A stretch of 64,000 nucleotides of DNA, taken from a virus (taxonomy: Duplodnaviria; Caudoviricetes). How positions within the stretch are numbered: the stretch's first letter is position 1; each line of letters starts with the position of its first letter. A program made the position numbers and the translations under genes. Below are positions 46,956 through 56,310 of this stretch, piece by piece. The notes beneath the pieces were generated by a model. It was not told the origin of the DNA and searched no databases. It saw only the letters and a program-made list of their open reading frames with translations. The DNA lies in the IMG/VR virus record IMGVR_UViG_3300000727_000007, positions 27,921 to 91,920 of that record; one strand, given 5' to 3'.

Positions 46956-47359
46956 TATTCATCGCCTGTCCATTTTACCTGTAGTTCTAAATCGAATTCG
47001 TAATGATGTCTTGTATTGTCAATAATTAGATTACGGTCGATTTTAGCAAATCTAAAGTATCTTGTAAAAGTAGCACCATCAATGGTTATTTCATTTCTAA
47101 TTCTATAATTAGGAGCGTCATCTCTTGGGATTTCAAAAGTAGGTACAAAAAATCCTTTATACTCTGCAATCTCTTCTTGCCCTCGATGTGTTTGAGGGTC
47201 TTCTGAAGGGTTTTGTATAATTCCATCGATTTCTTTTATTTCTACCCAATCATCTTCGACATCTCCCCAGTCACCTTCCGAAGCTCCAGCTTCTCTGTGT
47301 TCCAAATAATAGCTCCATCCTTGAGCTTTTAAATCTTTAATAAGGATCTCCATATCCAT
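46955..47359 (-). CDS. putative head closure protein
   Basis: Beta-rich, HHYE near the C-terminus, follows the adaptor; start inferred. Confidence 0.55.
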   Translation of the reverse strand: MDMEILIKDLKAQGWSYYLEHREAGASEGDWGDVEDDWVEIKEIDGIIQNPSEDPQTHRGQEEIAEYKGFFVPTFEIPRDDAPNYRIRNEITIDGATFTRYFRFAKIDRNLIIDNTRHHYEFDLELQVKWTGDE

Positions 47360-47765
47360 CGTAAACACCAGGTCTTTGGGCGGAATCTTCTGCTTCTTCT
47401 CCATAGAAGTCCATGATATCGCCTAGTAATTCTTCAAAATAGTCGCACCAACTTAAATAGTCGGTTTTGTATCTTCTAACAAAGTTGTTAGTAACATTTC
47501 CCACTTTATATCCACTCTGCTTCATACCAAATCTCTTATCAGCAATGGTTAAGTGACAACCAATTCCTGCGGAAATAACACCTAGAAGGAATTCTTTGTC
47601 TTCATCTGTAAGAGAAGATGTATCAACAGCAAGTAATTTTTTTACTTGTACTGAATAAAAGGGAAAGAGGGAGGCAATAGTATCATCGTAGGTTTCATCA
47701 TCTGGGTCGATTTCCAAAAAATCCTTTATATAATCGATATCCATGGTGACAAAACTATTTGCCAT
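47337..47765 (-). CDS. head-tail adaptor (gp6/gp15-like)
   Basis: IKDFLEID...YDDTI helical N-terminus; YKVGNV hairpin. Confidence 0.65.
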   Translation of the reverse strand: MANSFVTMDIDYIKDFLEIDPDDETYDDTIASLFPFYSVQVKKLLAVDTSSLTDEDKEFLLGVISAGIGCHLTIADKRFGMKQSGYKVGNVTNNFVRRYKTDYLSWCDYFEELLGDIMDFYGEEAEDSAQRPGVYDGYGDPY

Positions 47766-47767
47766 GA

Positions 47768-48289
47768 TTATTCCTCTTTGATTTCTTCTTCTACAGGTTC
47801 TTCAATAACCTGTATTAATCTTGGTATATGAATAAAAATTTGTCGTTTATCTTCATCGGAAATTATCTGCATTTCCTGTTTAGGCTCTTCACGGCCTGAT
47901 TTTACTTTGAGTAAGTCTTCTCTTTTCTGAGTTTTTAAACGAAGTGCATCTTCGTCAAGTATCATTCCTTTATCAAATAAGTAATAAAAAGAATCTTCAT
48001 CTAAAACTTTGGTTTCGCCAGCTTTAATTCTGAATTCTGGGATCACTACTTCAGTCTCTTTCTTACCTTCTGAATCTTTTACAATAGTGTGCCCGTGTTC
48101 AATAAATTCTCTGTCTTGCATATTTGTGATATATTGAACTACAAATTTTCGTATAACTTTAGGGTCTTCCTCAAGTTCTTCGACTTTTGTATCTGCTATT
48201 TCTAACTGTTCTTCTGGCTTAGGTGCTGCTTTTGGAGCTGACCTTTTTGTTGATTTTTTAGTTGTTTTAGCTGTTTTTTTAGCTGCCAT
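47768..48289 (-). CDS. hypothetical head-associated protein
   Basis: Lys/Ala/Thr-rich N-terminus; follows MCP. Confidence 0.6.
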   Translation of the reverse strand: MAAKKTAKTTKKSTKRSAPKAAPKPEEQLEIADTKVEELEEDPKVIRKFVVQYITNMQDREFIEHGHTIVKDSEGKKETEVVIPEFRIKAGETKVLDEDSFYYLFDKGMILDEDALRLKTQKREDLLKVKSGREEPKQEMQIISDEDKRQIFIHIPRLIQVIEEPVEEEIKEE

Positions 48290-48327
48290 AATAAATCCTC
48301 CTTAAAAAAGAAAAATGTGTAAAAGCC

Positions 48328-49173
48328 TTAAGCTTTTACTGTTAACAGACCTATTGCGTCTGTTCTTACAACTGCAGGTTTAGCATACGCAGTCATAAAG
48401 AAAGCATCTATTTGTCTTTCTTCGTCCCTTTGTCTTGCTATCCTTACACCTTGTCTTTGGACGAACCAAACTGGGTTTAATCCAGTGTCCATCATTATAA
48501 CCATACCGGATGGGATTTCCAGCATAGGTACTAAGTCCATACCTGCAACTCTACCAACAGAACCTTCTCTGAGGGTCATTGAAGTTCCAGCTTTGGAAGC
48601 ATCTATAAATCTTTCATCTACTTGCAGGTCAGCGTATTCATCTGGGTTACAGAGAACTACATTAGGCTGTACCTGTTTTTTAATCATCGCAGTTCTTAAA
48701 TATACGATATCTTCAAAGGTTAATTTACCAGAGTTAATGGTTGGCATTATTGTACCGTAACCTGCTAATAGCACAGTTGCTATATCAGAGTTTTCTTTTC
48801 TGAGCATCCTTTTAGATGCTTCTTCAATCTGAGCAGCTCCTACAATACCGTACCAATCGGTTTCTTTGGCTTCATCAGTCATTTCTCCACCAGTACCGTA
48901 TTTAACTACTCTTATTTCGAAGTTATCGGTCATCTGTTTAACTCTTGGAATCTCGGAACCTTCGTTTATCTCTACTGCCATTCCAGTAGGATAGTTACGT
49001 GGTATCTTAACAGACCAAGTTGTAATAGGCATGGTAACTACTTTACAGTACTTTCTTAGAACACTCATGTTCTCGATATACTGCATAACGGTTCTTTCCA
49101 AGTAAGGCATCCATACTACATCACCTGTAGTAAATCCACCATTACCTCCAGCGAATGTTGTAACATCTTGCAT
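48328..49173 (-). CDS. HK97-fold major capsid protein
   Basis: VKIPR...EINEGSEIP...KYG....TDE...VLCNP...GRVAGM pattern. Confidence 0.88.
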   Translation of the reverse strand: MQDVTTFAGGNGGFTTGDVVWMPYLERTVMQYIENMSVLRKYCKVVTMPITTWSVKIPRNYPTGMAVEINEGSEIPRVKQMTDNFEIRVVKYGTGGEMTDEAKETDWYGIVGAAQIEEASKRMLRKENSDIATVLLAGYGTIMPTINSGKLTFEDIVYLRTAMIKKQVQPNVVLCNPDEYADLQVDERFIDASKAGTSMTLREGSVGRVAGMDLVPMLEIPSGMVIMMDTGLNPVWFVQRQGVRIARQRDEERQIDAFFMTAYAKPAVVRTDAIGLLTVKA

Positions 49174-49183
49174 CTTTACACCT

Positions 49184-49624
49184 CTATTTACCTAATAATC
49201 TTACATTAAAAGCTTCGCCGTCTGCATAACATCTAGATTCTGCTACACCAACCTGAGCTACAATTTTTGTAGCGCTAGGGGTTGTGTAAAAGTCCTCTAT
49301 AGCTTTTAACTTACCGTCTGGACCTAAACCTACTGGTTGCCCTGGAGCTATTGCACCTGCCCCAATTGCAGTCCTAATTCCGGCTTTATTCGCGGTTAAA
49401 TTGTCACCATCATAAGCGGTAACGTTGTAACCTTGCTGTGCGGACTTACTGATTTGTACAGTCATTAATAGACCTGCAAAACCTCTTGTGTCGTCTTCTT
49501 CAGCTATGGTTACTTCTTTTTCTGTTCCAGTGTACACAAGAGCTCTGTTATATGGAGAAAATGTAGTTATATCTCCTTTCAATACATATGCTACGTCTGT
49601 ACCTGGTTGAATTAATCCTGCCAT
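49184..49624 (-). CDS. capsid decoration/cement protein
   Basis: GAGAIAPGQPV..GPDGKL...VGVAE motif; between protease and MCP. Confidence 0.75.
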   Translation of the reverse strand: MAGLIQPGTDVAYVLKGDITTFSPYNRALVYTGTEKEVTIAEEDDTRGFAGLLMTVQISKSAQQGYNVTAYDGDNLTANKAGIRTAIGAGAIAPGQPVGLGPDGKLKAIEDFYTTPSATKIVAQVGVAESRCYADGEAFNVRLLGK

Positions 49625-49638
49625 TTAGTTCACCTCAC

Positions 49639-50853
49639 TTATAACCCCATGTAGGATACACCTTCAATTCCACGTCCGTCTCTTGCAAGAACGGTGTCGT
49701 AACAGAAGATTGTCTGAATCATACATTGATCAAACGCTGGGTTTTCGTAATCGATAGACCCATCTTCTTTCTTAAACTCGTCAATTGACCTTGTTTTAAC
49801 AGGTGGGAATTGAGCGTTGTTAGCTTGATTTTCATTTTCAGTTTTTAACCTGTTTTCTTCCTGTTTGGAAGCTTCCATGGTTCTTACTGCACTTTTAGCA
49901 AAATTAACTGTTGCTTCGTCAGCTTTTGCTAATCTTTCTAATTCAGCTTCTCTTGCATCTTCTGCAATGAGTCCGAATTCAATTTCTTTCTCTACTAAGT
50001 TTGAAAACTTAGATTTTTGTAATTCTAATTTTAAATCAGCATTATCTTGCTGTAATTGGCTTATTGCGCCTGTGTCCACTGCCTCTGGTATAGTACCTTT
50101 TATATCTTCCAGAGTAGCGGAGAATTGATTAATTGTTTGTTTAAGCGCGGTAATTTCGTCTTCTTTAGCTTGTAACAAACTTTTTAAATCATCATTTTTT
50201 ACAAAATTACTTGTATCAAGTGAAGATTGGTCTTTTGTTGGTTCTGCCATATCCTCTCCTCCTTTCTTAAATTTCGTATATTTACTTTCAAATTGTTTTT
50301 TGAAGTTTTCAACAAATTTCTCTTTACTAAAGCTTGAAGCGACTGCTGTTGCATCGCTGTCCGCTCCCTCAGATACGATAGATATCTCGAAAGCCTCACA
50401 ATTTTTAGCAATAACGTGAGCTTCGTTGAACCAATGATCGCAAGTGTGGAAGTCTTCTCCACATTTAGAACAAATTGATTCATGTCTAAATCCTAAACTA
50501 CTTGATCCAATATATCCGTCTTGGATTTTACTGTACAGTAGCATCGCATTAGGGTCTTTTGCATGAAACTCACCATAGTATTTTACACCTTCTTTCTTTG
50601 CATCAGCATCAAAAGTTCTAAATGCATCATTTACTTTTCCTATAACATTTAAAGGCGCGTCACTGTGATCGTTACGAATTTGGGCTGTCTTGAGTGTTCT
50701 TTCTATATTGTCCAGTTCACTTTCTGGAACTTCAACAACTCCATTAAAAAGCCCAGGGTGAATACCGAATCCAGAGATTGTGGGAGGCGTATTTTCTTCT
50801 CGTTCCTCTGGCATTATATTCATTGCCAAAGAAAGTGTGTCTTTATCTCTCAT
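49639..50853 (-). CDS. prohead protease fused to scaffold
   Basis: NDHS, IGKV, SSLGF, CxxC...CxH, EISIV..GAD motifs; coiled-coil C-terminal half; internal RBS/ATG at 50250. Confidence 0.85.
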   Translation of the reverse strand: MRDKDTLSLAMNIMPEEREENTPPTISGFGIHPGLFNGVVEVPESELDNIERTLKTAQIRNDHSDAPLNVIGKVNDAFRTFDADAKKEGVKYYGEFHAKDPNAMLLYSKIQDGYIGSSSLGFRHESICSKCGEDFHTCDHWFNEAHVIAKNCEAFEISIVSEGADSDATAVASSFSKEKFVENFKKQFESKYTKFKKGGEDMAEPTKDQSSLDTSNFVKNDDLKSLLQAKEDEITALKQTINQFSATLEDIKGTIPEAVDTGAISQLQQDNADLKLELQKSKFSNLVEKEIEFGLIAEDAREAELERLAKADEATVNFAKSAVRTMEASKQEENRLKTENENQANNAQFPPVKTRSIDEFKKEDGSIDYENPAFDQCMIQTIFCYDTVLARDGRGIEGVSYMGL

Positions 50854-50908
50854 AGTCATCCTCCTAATCAAAGTAATTTAAACACCTGATTACTCATGAT
50901 AATCTGGG

Positions 50909-50926
50909 TTTATAAAAAGGTATCGT
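50909..50926 (-). promoter_or_regulatory. putative late promoter (ACGATACC-TTTTTATAAA)
   Basis: Same ACGATACCTTT element as upstream of terL. Confidence 0.5.
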
Positions 50927-51192
50927 CAGTTTGGGTCATAACGATAGTAGCACAGACCATCTTTACCATGTCTTACAACAACATGGGCAACACCCTTAAG
51001 TCTCTTTGCTATTTTAACACCATTTATACGTACTTTGTCTGTTTTATAATGAGTGACTATCCAATCTTGGATACTTCTTGCTGTCATTTCGTGTCTTTCG
51101 ATTTCTCTATCTTTATTTTTTTCATATCTAATAACTAAAGCGTTAAAAATAACTTCATTCAAATGTTTATAACTTGTAATTCCTGGTTGCAC
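50926..51192 (-). CDS. small putative winged-helix protein
   Basis: MTARSIQDWI...VKIAKRLK...wing CYYRY pattern. Confidence 0.5.
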   Translation of the reverse strand: MQPGITSYKHLNEVIFNALVIRYEKNKDREIERHEMTARSIQDWIVTHYKTDKVRINGVKIAKRLKGVAHVVVRHGKDGLCYYRYDPN

Positions 51193-51857
51193 TAGTCCAC
51201 CGCCTGTATTACTGTAATTTCAGGCTTCACTAAACTATCAAAATGTCTCCTCTCTTCTGGGTCATAATTGTCCCAGCGTTTTAAATAATCTTTATATATC
51301 TCCTGCCTCTGTTTTTCTCGGAGATATCTGTAAGAATATAAATCTAACATACAATTTTCAGCGGGTCCAGGTTGATTGCAAGGTATTAACCCCTTATCCC
51401 ATTTATAATCTATTTCATCAATAAATCGATAAGCTAATGGGATTTCATATCCATCCCATGGGTAATCTACCCTATATTGCTCTACTGTTGTCCATAAAAA
51501 TCGTAATTTAACTAACCATTGGTTAATCGGTGTTTGAATAGGGCTTGAAAAAAGCAATGTATTCATATATCTGAATCTTCGTGTTGGTCTTTCATCGTTA
51601 TAACATGCAAGCACCCATTCTGGGTCATATTCGTCATAATCAAGTTCATCTACAGATTCTTGTAAAATCCGAGCATCAAAATGGTTTGATATCATCTCTT
51701 TTTCTGATTTTTGCAAGATATTATCCTCATCAAGGACAACTATTTCATTACAAATGCTAGAAACGTCACAGAAGACATCATACAAATATTCATTATTCTT
51801 TTGTCGTACAGAAACGACACCTAATACATTATTATACATATCTATCGCCCAAATCAT
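51192..51857 (-). CDS. divergent GT-A/GT2-like glycosyltransferase
   Basis: VVSVR.KNNE.L...CNEIVVLD...PEWVLACYNDER resembles GT2 with an altered DxD. Confidence 0.5.
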   Translation of the reverse strand: MIWAIDMYNNVLGVVSVRQKNNEYLYDVFCDVSSICNEIVVLDEDNILQKSEKEMISNHFDARILQESVDELDYDEYDPEWVLACYNDERPTRRFRYMNTLLFSSPIQTPINQWLVKLRFLWTTVEQYRVDYPWDGYEIPLAYRFIDEIDYKWDKGLIPCNQPGPAENCMLDLYSYRYLREKQRQEIYKDYLKRWDNYDPEERRHFDSLVKPEITVIQAVD

Positions 51858-52488
51858 GTTCTGGTCTTATTGTGGTATCACAAAAGACTCTAAATCCTCT
51901 TTCTTTCGCCATATCGCAGAAATATACATCTTCACCGGCTGGATGTGGCCCATAATGCACTCCTGTTCTTATAACTTCATCCTTAATCAGATAAACCGCG
52001 CCTGTTATGTCAATTTCCATAAAATTTTCCAATTTTGTGGGTCTTACAAACACATTACCGTCACGATTGATGATATTATACGCCATATACTCAGGAGGTG
52101 CGTTGTGTATCAAAGCTGAACAAATATCGACATCATGAGATATCAATTTGCTCAAAGTATCGGGTTCTACGAACACATCGGAGTCAATTGAGAAGATATA
52201 TTCTTCTCCTGTCCATAAATTAAGCCATTGATTCCGAATATCCGCATAATTTGCAAAATCAAGCCCTTTTTCTGGTGCACCCACATATTCGTGCACTTCA
52301 AAAGAGTTAAAATTAGCTCCTATAAGCTTTTTGTAATATTTTAAGTGCCTCATAGTATTATCGGTGCAATTATTCACCAAGAACACTACACGGAGCTGTT
52401 TTAAATCAAAATCTAATTGCAAAAGACTCGCTATATATCGAGATACAAACCTTTCTCTGTTATGTATGGGACATCCAACCATTATCAT
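51832..52488 (-). CDS. GT-A fold glycosyltransferase
   Basis: VGCPIHNRE, VNNCTDNT, IRN, FSIDSDV (DxD), TGAVYLI, GEDVYFC, CDT...H. Confidence 0.85.
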   Translation of the reverse strand: MIMVGCPIHNRERFVSRYIASLLQLDFDLKQLRVVFLVNNCTDNTMRHLKYYKKLIGANFNSFEVHEYVGAPEKGLDFANYADIRNQWLNLWTGEEYIFSIDSDVFVEPDTLSKLISHDVDICSALIHNAPPEYMAYNIINRDGNVFVRPTKLENFMEIDITGAVYLIKDEVIRTGVHYGPHPAGEDVYFCDMAKERGFRVFCDTTIRPEHDLGDRYV

Positions 52489-52501
52489 CTAATTCCTCCA
52501 G

Positions 52502-53875
52502 TTAAGTTCCTGATTTTGAGCTTACTTTTGGATTTGTACCTTTTGGTTTTGGATTTTGTTGGTTTTTATCGAATTGTGGGCTGTTACTTACGTTTCCAGT
52601 ACCCATAGCTTGACTTGATTTCATTATCCAGTCTAATCCATTAGATTCTGTAGGTCTTGAGCCTGGTATACCCATAAATCTTAAACCTTGTTCTATTGTG
52701 ATTACATCCATAGCCATTGCTTCTTTAACCCATGTCCAAATCCTACTCTCTTGCTCAAGCATTGGTTTATTTGGTATAATGTTTATGCTGTAAACATCAT
52801 CTATTCCTGCATTTATCACTTCAGGCCAGTATAACTGGTAAATAAGCTCATCTGCAACGGAATATTGTTCTTCTATAATATTATCATAGTAAGTTTGTAA
52901 CTGTCTTGTAATCGCTGATAGGTTGTCTGCTTCCATTCCTAAAATAGAACCTGGAATACCTGCTGTGGCAAAGAAGTAACTATCTAGCTTGTTCATAATA
53001 GCACTAAAATCAAAAACATTGCTTCCTCCACCTACTATCTCATGGGTTATGGAAGAATCTGTTATTAGGTCAGCACCTGGCACTAATTTTTTAAGTCTCC
53101 TTGAGAAAGTTTGCTGTTCGCTTAAAGGAGTCTTACGTTTTTCGTGCTTACTGTCTATCATCCAATGTATCATTGGGATAGCGAAATGGTCTAATATAAT
53201 AGCTGAATTTAATTGTGTATTTAATATTAAGTTTAAAACTTGTAGCACTGATTCGAAGAGACTATCACCGTATAATTGACCTGTTAGAGGGTCTCTAGCA
53301 ATATGGATTACCTCTTCAGGTTTTAAGTCGACTGTTCCTCCACCGGATTGTGACTGGTATTGCCATCCTGTTAATTGTCCATTGCTCTGCACTGGAGTCA
53401 TGTTCTTAGGACTCATTAAATATAAATTCTGGACTTGTGAAAGCCCTGTTGCAGATGGTCCAATTTGTTTGTAGAGAAAAGCGTCTCCATAAATATTCCT
53501 ATCACGGTAAATCCATTTTTGTGTGTTTCTTCTGAATACACGGTCTACATCTTTTACAACTTGTTCAGCAGCTTCATGTCGGTTTCCATTCATATCTGTA
53601 CAAGTTATTTCATAACCTAATCTTGTCGCATCTCCTGCTTGTTTATCGATAACTTTACGCATGAGAGTTCTTTTATATAGTCCCTCTACAATATCGAATG
53701 TTACAGCAGTGGAGCCTGCGGCTGTTTTATACGAACCAAACGTTTTGGTCGTAACTTCTGTATATTGTTCTACTTTCCCGGGTTTTGTTTGAAGTATCCC
53801 TTGTGCTGCTGAGTTTTTAGCTAGCATACTTCTATCCGGAGTAGCAAGTTTAATATTAAACGCTCCAAATCTCAT
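52502..53875 (-). CDS. portal protein
   Basis: YGDAF, EEVIHI, YGDS, GIPGSILG motifs; follows TerL. Confidence 0.88.
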   Translation of the reverse strand: MRFGAFNIKLATPDRSMLAKNSAAQGILQTKPGKVEQYTEVTTKTFGSYKTAAGSTAVTFDIVEGLYKRTLMRKVIDKQAGDATRLGYEITCTDMNGNRHEAAEQVVKDVDRVFRRNTQKWIYRDRNIYGDAFLYKQIGPSATGLSQVQNLYLMSPKNMTPVQSNGQLTGWQYQSQSGGGTVDLKPEEVIHIARDPLTGQLYGDSLFESVLQVLNLILNTQLNSAIILDHFAIPMIHWMIDSKHEKRKTPLSEQQTFSRRLKKLVPGADLITDSSITHEIVGGGSNVFDFSAIMNKLDSYFFATAGIPGSILGMEADNLSAITRQLQTYYDNIIEEQYSVADELIYQLYWPEVINAGIDDVYSINIIPNKPMLEQESRIWTWVKEAMAMDVITIEQGLRFMGIPGSRPTESNGLDWIMKSSQAMGTGNVSNSPQFDKNQQNPKPKGTNPKVSSKSGT

Positions 53876-55362
53876 ATTGGTATCCTCGCAAATTTATTTG
53901 CTCTTTGGGATAAAATGTTGAAACCTGTTGTTTCTAAGTGTTCTTCATTATCAACATATCCATAGTAATCCCTGCCTGCAAATAGGCATAATAACATTGA
54001 ATCTACAAAGTCGTCAGAACCACCCACTGGTTTCTGATATCTTATGTTGTTTTGTGGGGTAATTTCTCTTTTAAAATCAAACATTTCACTAATTAATTTC
54101 GGATGGTATGTAAGATGTGACATACCCTGTTCTAATTCGGCAACAGCCCCTTCTACTAAGTCTATCTTCTTTTTAGGACCAGAGAAATCAAATCCTACTA
54201 TATCTAATCCTTTCCATTTAGGGGCTAGTTTTTCTTCGAATATTTCTATAACTCCTTTACCAACTCCTGTTTCATCTATAACTAACATTTCTAAGTTAGG
54301 GAAGTCTGGTTGCATATTTAATATATCTTCTACGATTTCTGTGTACTTGGTTTGAACCCATTCTATGTTTTGAATGGTTTTTACCCCTCCGCCTGTGAGT
54401 TCCCCTATGGTTAGGACAGTTGAGTTTCTCTTTTTACCGATATCAAGACCTGCAACACATTTCTTATCGCTGGTATCTTGTAAAAAGTCATCCCATATGA
54501 CACAATGCTTCATTAGTTCTTGTGAAAATACTTCTCCAATAGAATCCATCCATTTTAGACAGTATTCACGTAAAAAACCAGTAAGAGGCATATCTCTAAA
54601 ATCGTCTTTTAGCTCTTCTATAGATATCCTGTTTGTGGAGGAGGATATAGGTTCGTTTGCTTTATCAACGTTACAGGTTGGTCTTTCAAAAACAACAAAA
54701 TCTCTTGGACCACCTTTAGTACCTTTATACGCTCCATCCTGAGTTATATAAAATTTAGCAGTATCATATGCTCTATAAAACTCATTAAGTCTAGCTAAGG
54801 GGGTACCAGCATAGACAAGAGTTTTATCTCTTTTCTGACCACGAAGTGTAGGTCTAAGAGAGACGAAAGTTTCTTCTGGGATAATTTGGGTTTCGTCAAA
54901 AGCAAGGTATAGGGCATTTTTACCCAATTGAGAGGCACCACCACGTCCGGCAGTTGCCATATAAATACGAGATTGATTATTAAGTTTAAATTTAGTTGAT
55001 TTTTTTGATAAAAACAACTGGTCTAATTCTGGGGTTGCAGATAATAAATCCTGAATATCTTCACCAAAGTAAATCGCTTGCTCCATAGTCGGTGATACGA
55101 CCAACGATCTCCAAGCTCTGTTGAAAACACTCTTATGTATAACTTCGAGTTTAATCATCAGAGATTTAGATAAACGTCGCCCCCAGAAAAGGAGCTTTTT
55201 AAGAGCGGGGCAACGTAAATACTGAATTTGGTAGGGCTCAAGAACATATGGGTCACCGAATTCGTCATTAACAACATTCTGTGCAAAGAACGCTGGGTCG
55301 TTCTCACACATGGTCATAAAATTTCGCCTTTGCTGTTCTGTAACGTAATCCGAATCCGCCAT
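53872..55362 (-). CDS. terL: terminase large subunit
   Basis: GRRLSKS Walker A variant, LAFDE Walker B, GTP, REY, GLDIG, IDETGVG, DDFVDS. Confidence 0.92.
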   Translation of the reverse strand: MADSDYVTEQQRRNFMTMCENDPAFFAQNVVNDEFGDPYVLEPYQIQYLRCPALKKLLFWGRRLSKSLMIKLEVIHKSVFNRAWRSLVVSPTMEQAIYFGEDIQDLLSATPELDQLFLSKKSTKFKLNNQSRIYMATAGRGGASQLGKNALYLAFDETQIIPEETFVSLRPTLRGQKRDKTLVYAGTPLARLNEFYRAYDTAKFYITQDGAYKGTKGGPRDFVVFERPTCNVDKANEPISSSTNRISIEELKDDFRDMPLTGFLREYCLKWMDSIGEVFSQELMKHCVIWDDFLQDTSDKKCVAGLDIGKKRNSTVLTIGELTGGGVKTIQNIEWVQTKYTEIVEDILNMQPDFPNLEMLVIDETGVGKGVIEIFEEKLAPKWKGLDIVGFDFSGPKKKIDLVEGAVAELEQGMSHLTYHPKLISEMFDFKREITPQNNIRYQKPVGGSDDFVDSMLLCLFAGRDYYGYVDNEEHLETTGFNILSQRANKFARIPI

Positions 55363-55408
55363 TGTATCTCTCCCGAAGAATAAGTGTTAGTTTCTGTAAA
55401 TCTGTGGT

Positions 55409-55490
55409 TATTTAAAGGTATCGTTCAAGTATATAAGGATATCGGTTACATTTATATAGTAAGACTTTTTCTAGTATAAATACTTTTCGG
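55409..55490 (-). promoter_or_regulatory. three tandem BRE-TATA-like elements upstream of terL
   Basis: CCGAAAAGTATTTATAC, CCGATATCCTTATATAC and ACGATACCTTTAAATA on the - strand. Confidence 0.55.
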
Positions 55491-55512
55491 TCATATTCAA
55501 AAAAATAAGAAT

Positions 55513-56247
55513 TTATGGTTGTAAATACTCTAATACTTGACAGAAAGTAGCAAATTTACGTCTCATGAAAATATTTTGCTTAATAACATCATCAGTATAA
55601 AATAAATCATAAATATTCTTAAAAAAATCATAATTCTTAACTGATTTCTGAAAAATAAAAGAACCATTCATAGGCGACACCTTATTTGTACAACCAATAT
55701 AGTCACGGAAGCCTTCGCATACTTTTTCTGTTCCGACAATGCTGAAATAAGGATATCCTCTTTTGCTTATACCGATAGAACCATCCGCTTCGAACAACCC
55801 TCTCCAAAAATGGGATTGATACTCCCCACAATCTATCGGTTCTACATATTTTGACTTCTTCCCGATAGGAACTCCTATTTCGAGCAACCGTGTTTTTATT
55901 TTTAAGGAAGTAACCTCTAATCTTGACTTATTTAAGTTACTACCTGGGAAAAATTCTTGGATAAACTCCAAAACACCTCTATCATCACCATCTAAACCAA
56001 TTATGAAAGAATTAGAAGTCCAAGGGATATGTCCATCACCAGAAATCCATCCTAAAATCCAAGCCTGCTCTGGACCAATCTCATCAAAAAAATCATCATA
56101 ACACCGTACTATTATTCCACGATGTTTATTTGGCATATATCTTTTAAGTCTATTTGATATTGACGCTTGCGGTCTGTGATAAATAAAACCTATTTCTCGT
56201 TGCTTTAGTCCATACTGTTTTAATCCTAGTATACTATAATCTTCCAT
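55513..56247 (-). CDS. free-standing HTH-LAGLIDADG homing-endonuclease-like protein
   Basis: AWILGWISGDGHI and FWRGLFEADGSI motifs; N-terminal HTH; leaderless. Confidence 0.85.
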   Translation of the reverse strand: MEDYSILGLKQYGLKQREIGFIYHRPQASISNRLKRYMPNKHRGIIVRCYDDFFDEIGPEQAWILGWISGDGHIPWTSNSFIIGLDGDDRGVLEFIQEFFPGSNLNKSRLEVTSLKIKTRLLEIGVPIGKKSKYVEPIDCGEYQSHFWRGLFEADGSIGISKRGYPYFSIVGTEKVCEGFRDYIGCTNKVSPMNGSFIFQKSVKNYDFFKNIYDLFYTDDVIKQNIFMRRKFATFCQVLEYLQP

Positions 56248-56267
56248 AATTGGTGTTAGGTCGGTAG

Positions 56268-56295
56268 TTATATATAGTCCTTTCGCTATATATAA
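56268..56295. promoter_or_regulatory. inverted TATA repeat between divergent genes
   Basis: TTATATATAG-tcctttcg-CTATATATAA, a perfect 10-bp inverted repeat. Confidence 0.5.
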
Positions 56296-56310
56296 AATTA
56301 GGTGATTAAA

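Noticed and set aside
8248-54742. Many + strand ORFs in the track within the structural region (e.g. 8248-8724, 34368-34781, 35040-35639, 43894-44322)
   Set aside because: Antisense shadows of well-supported - strand genes; no RBS and biased composition.
55804-55819. CCAAAAATGGGATTGA, resembling part of a methanogen CRISPR repeat
   Set aside because: Single copy, explained by codons of the QSHFW segment before the second LAGLIDADG motif.
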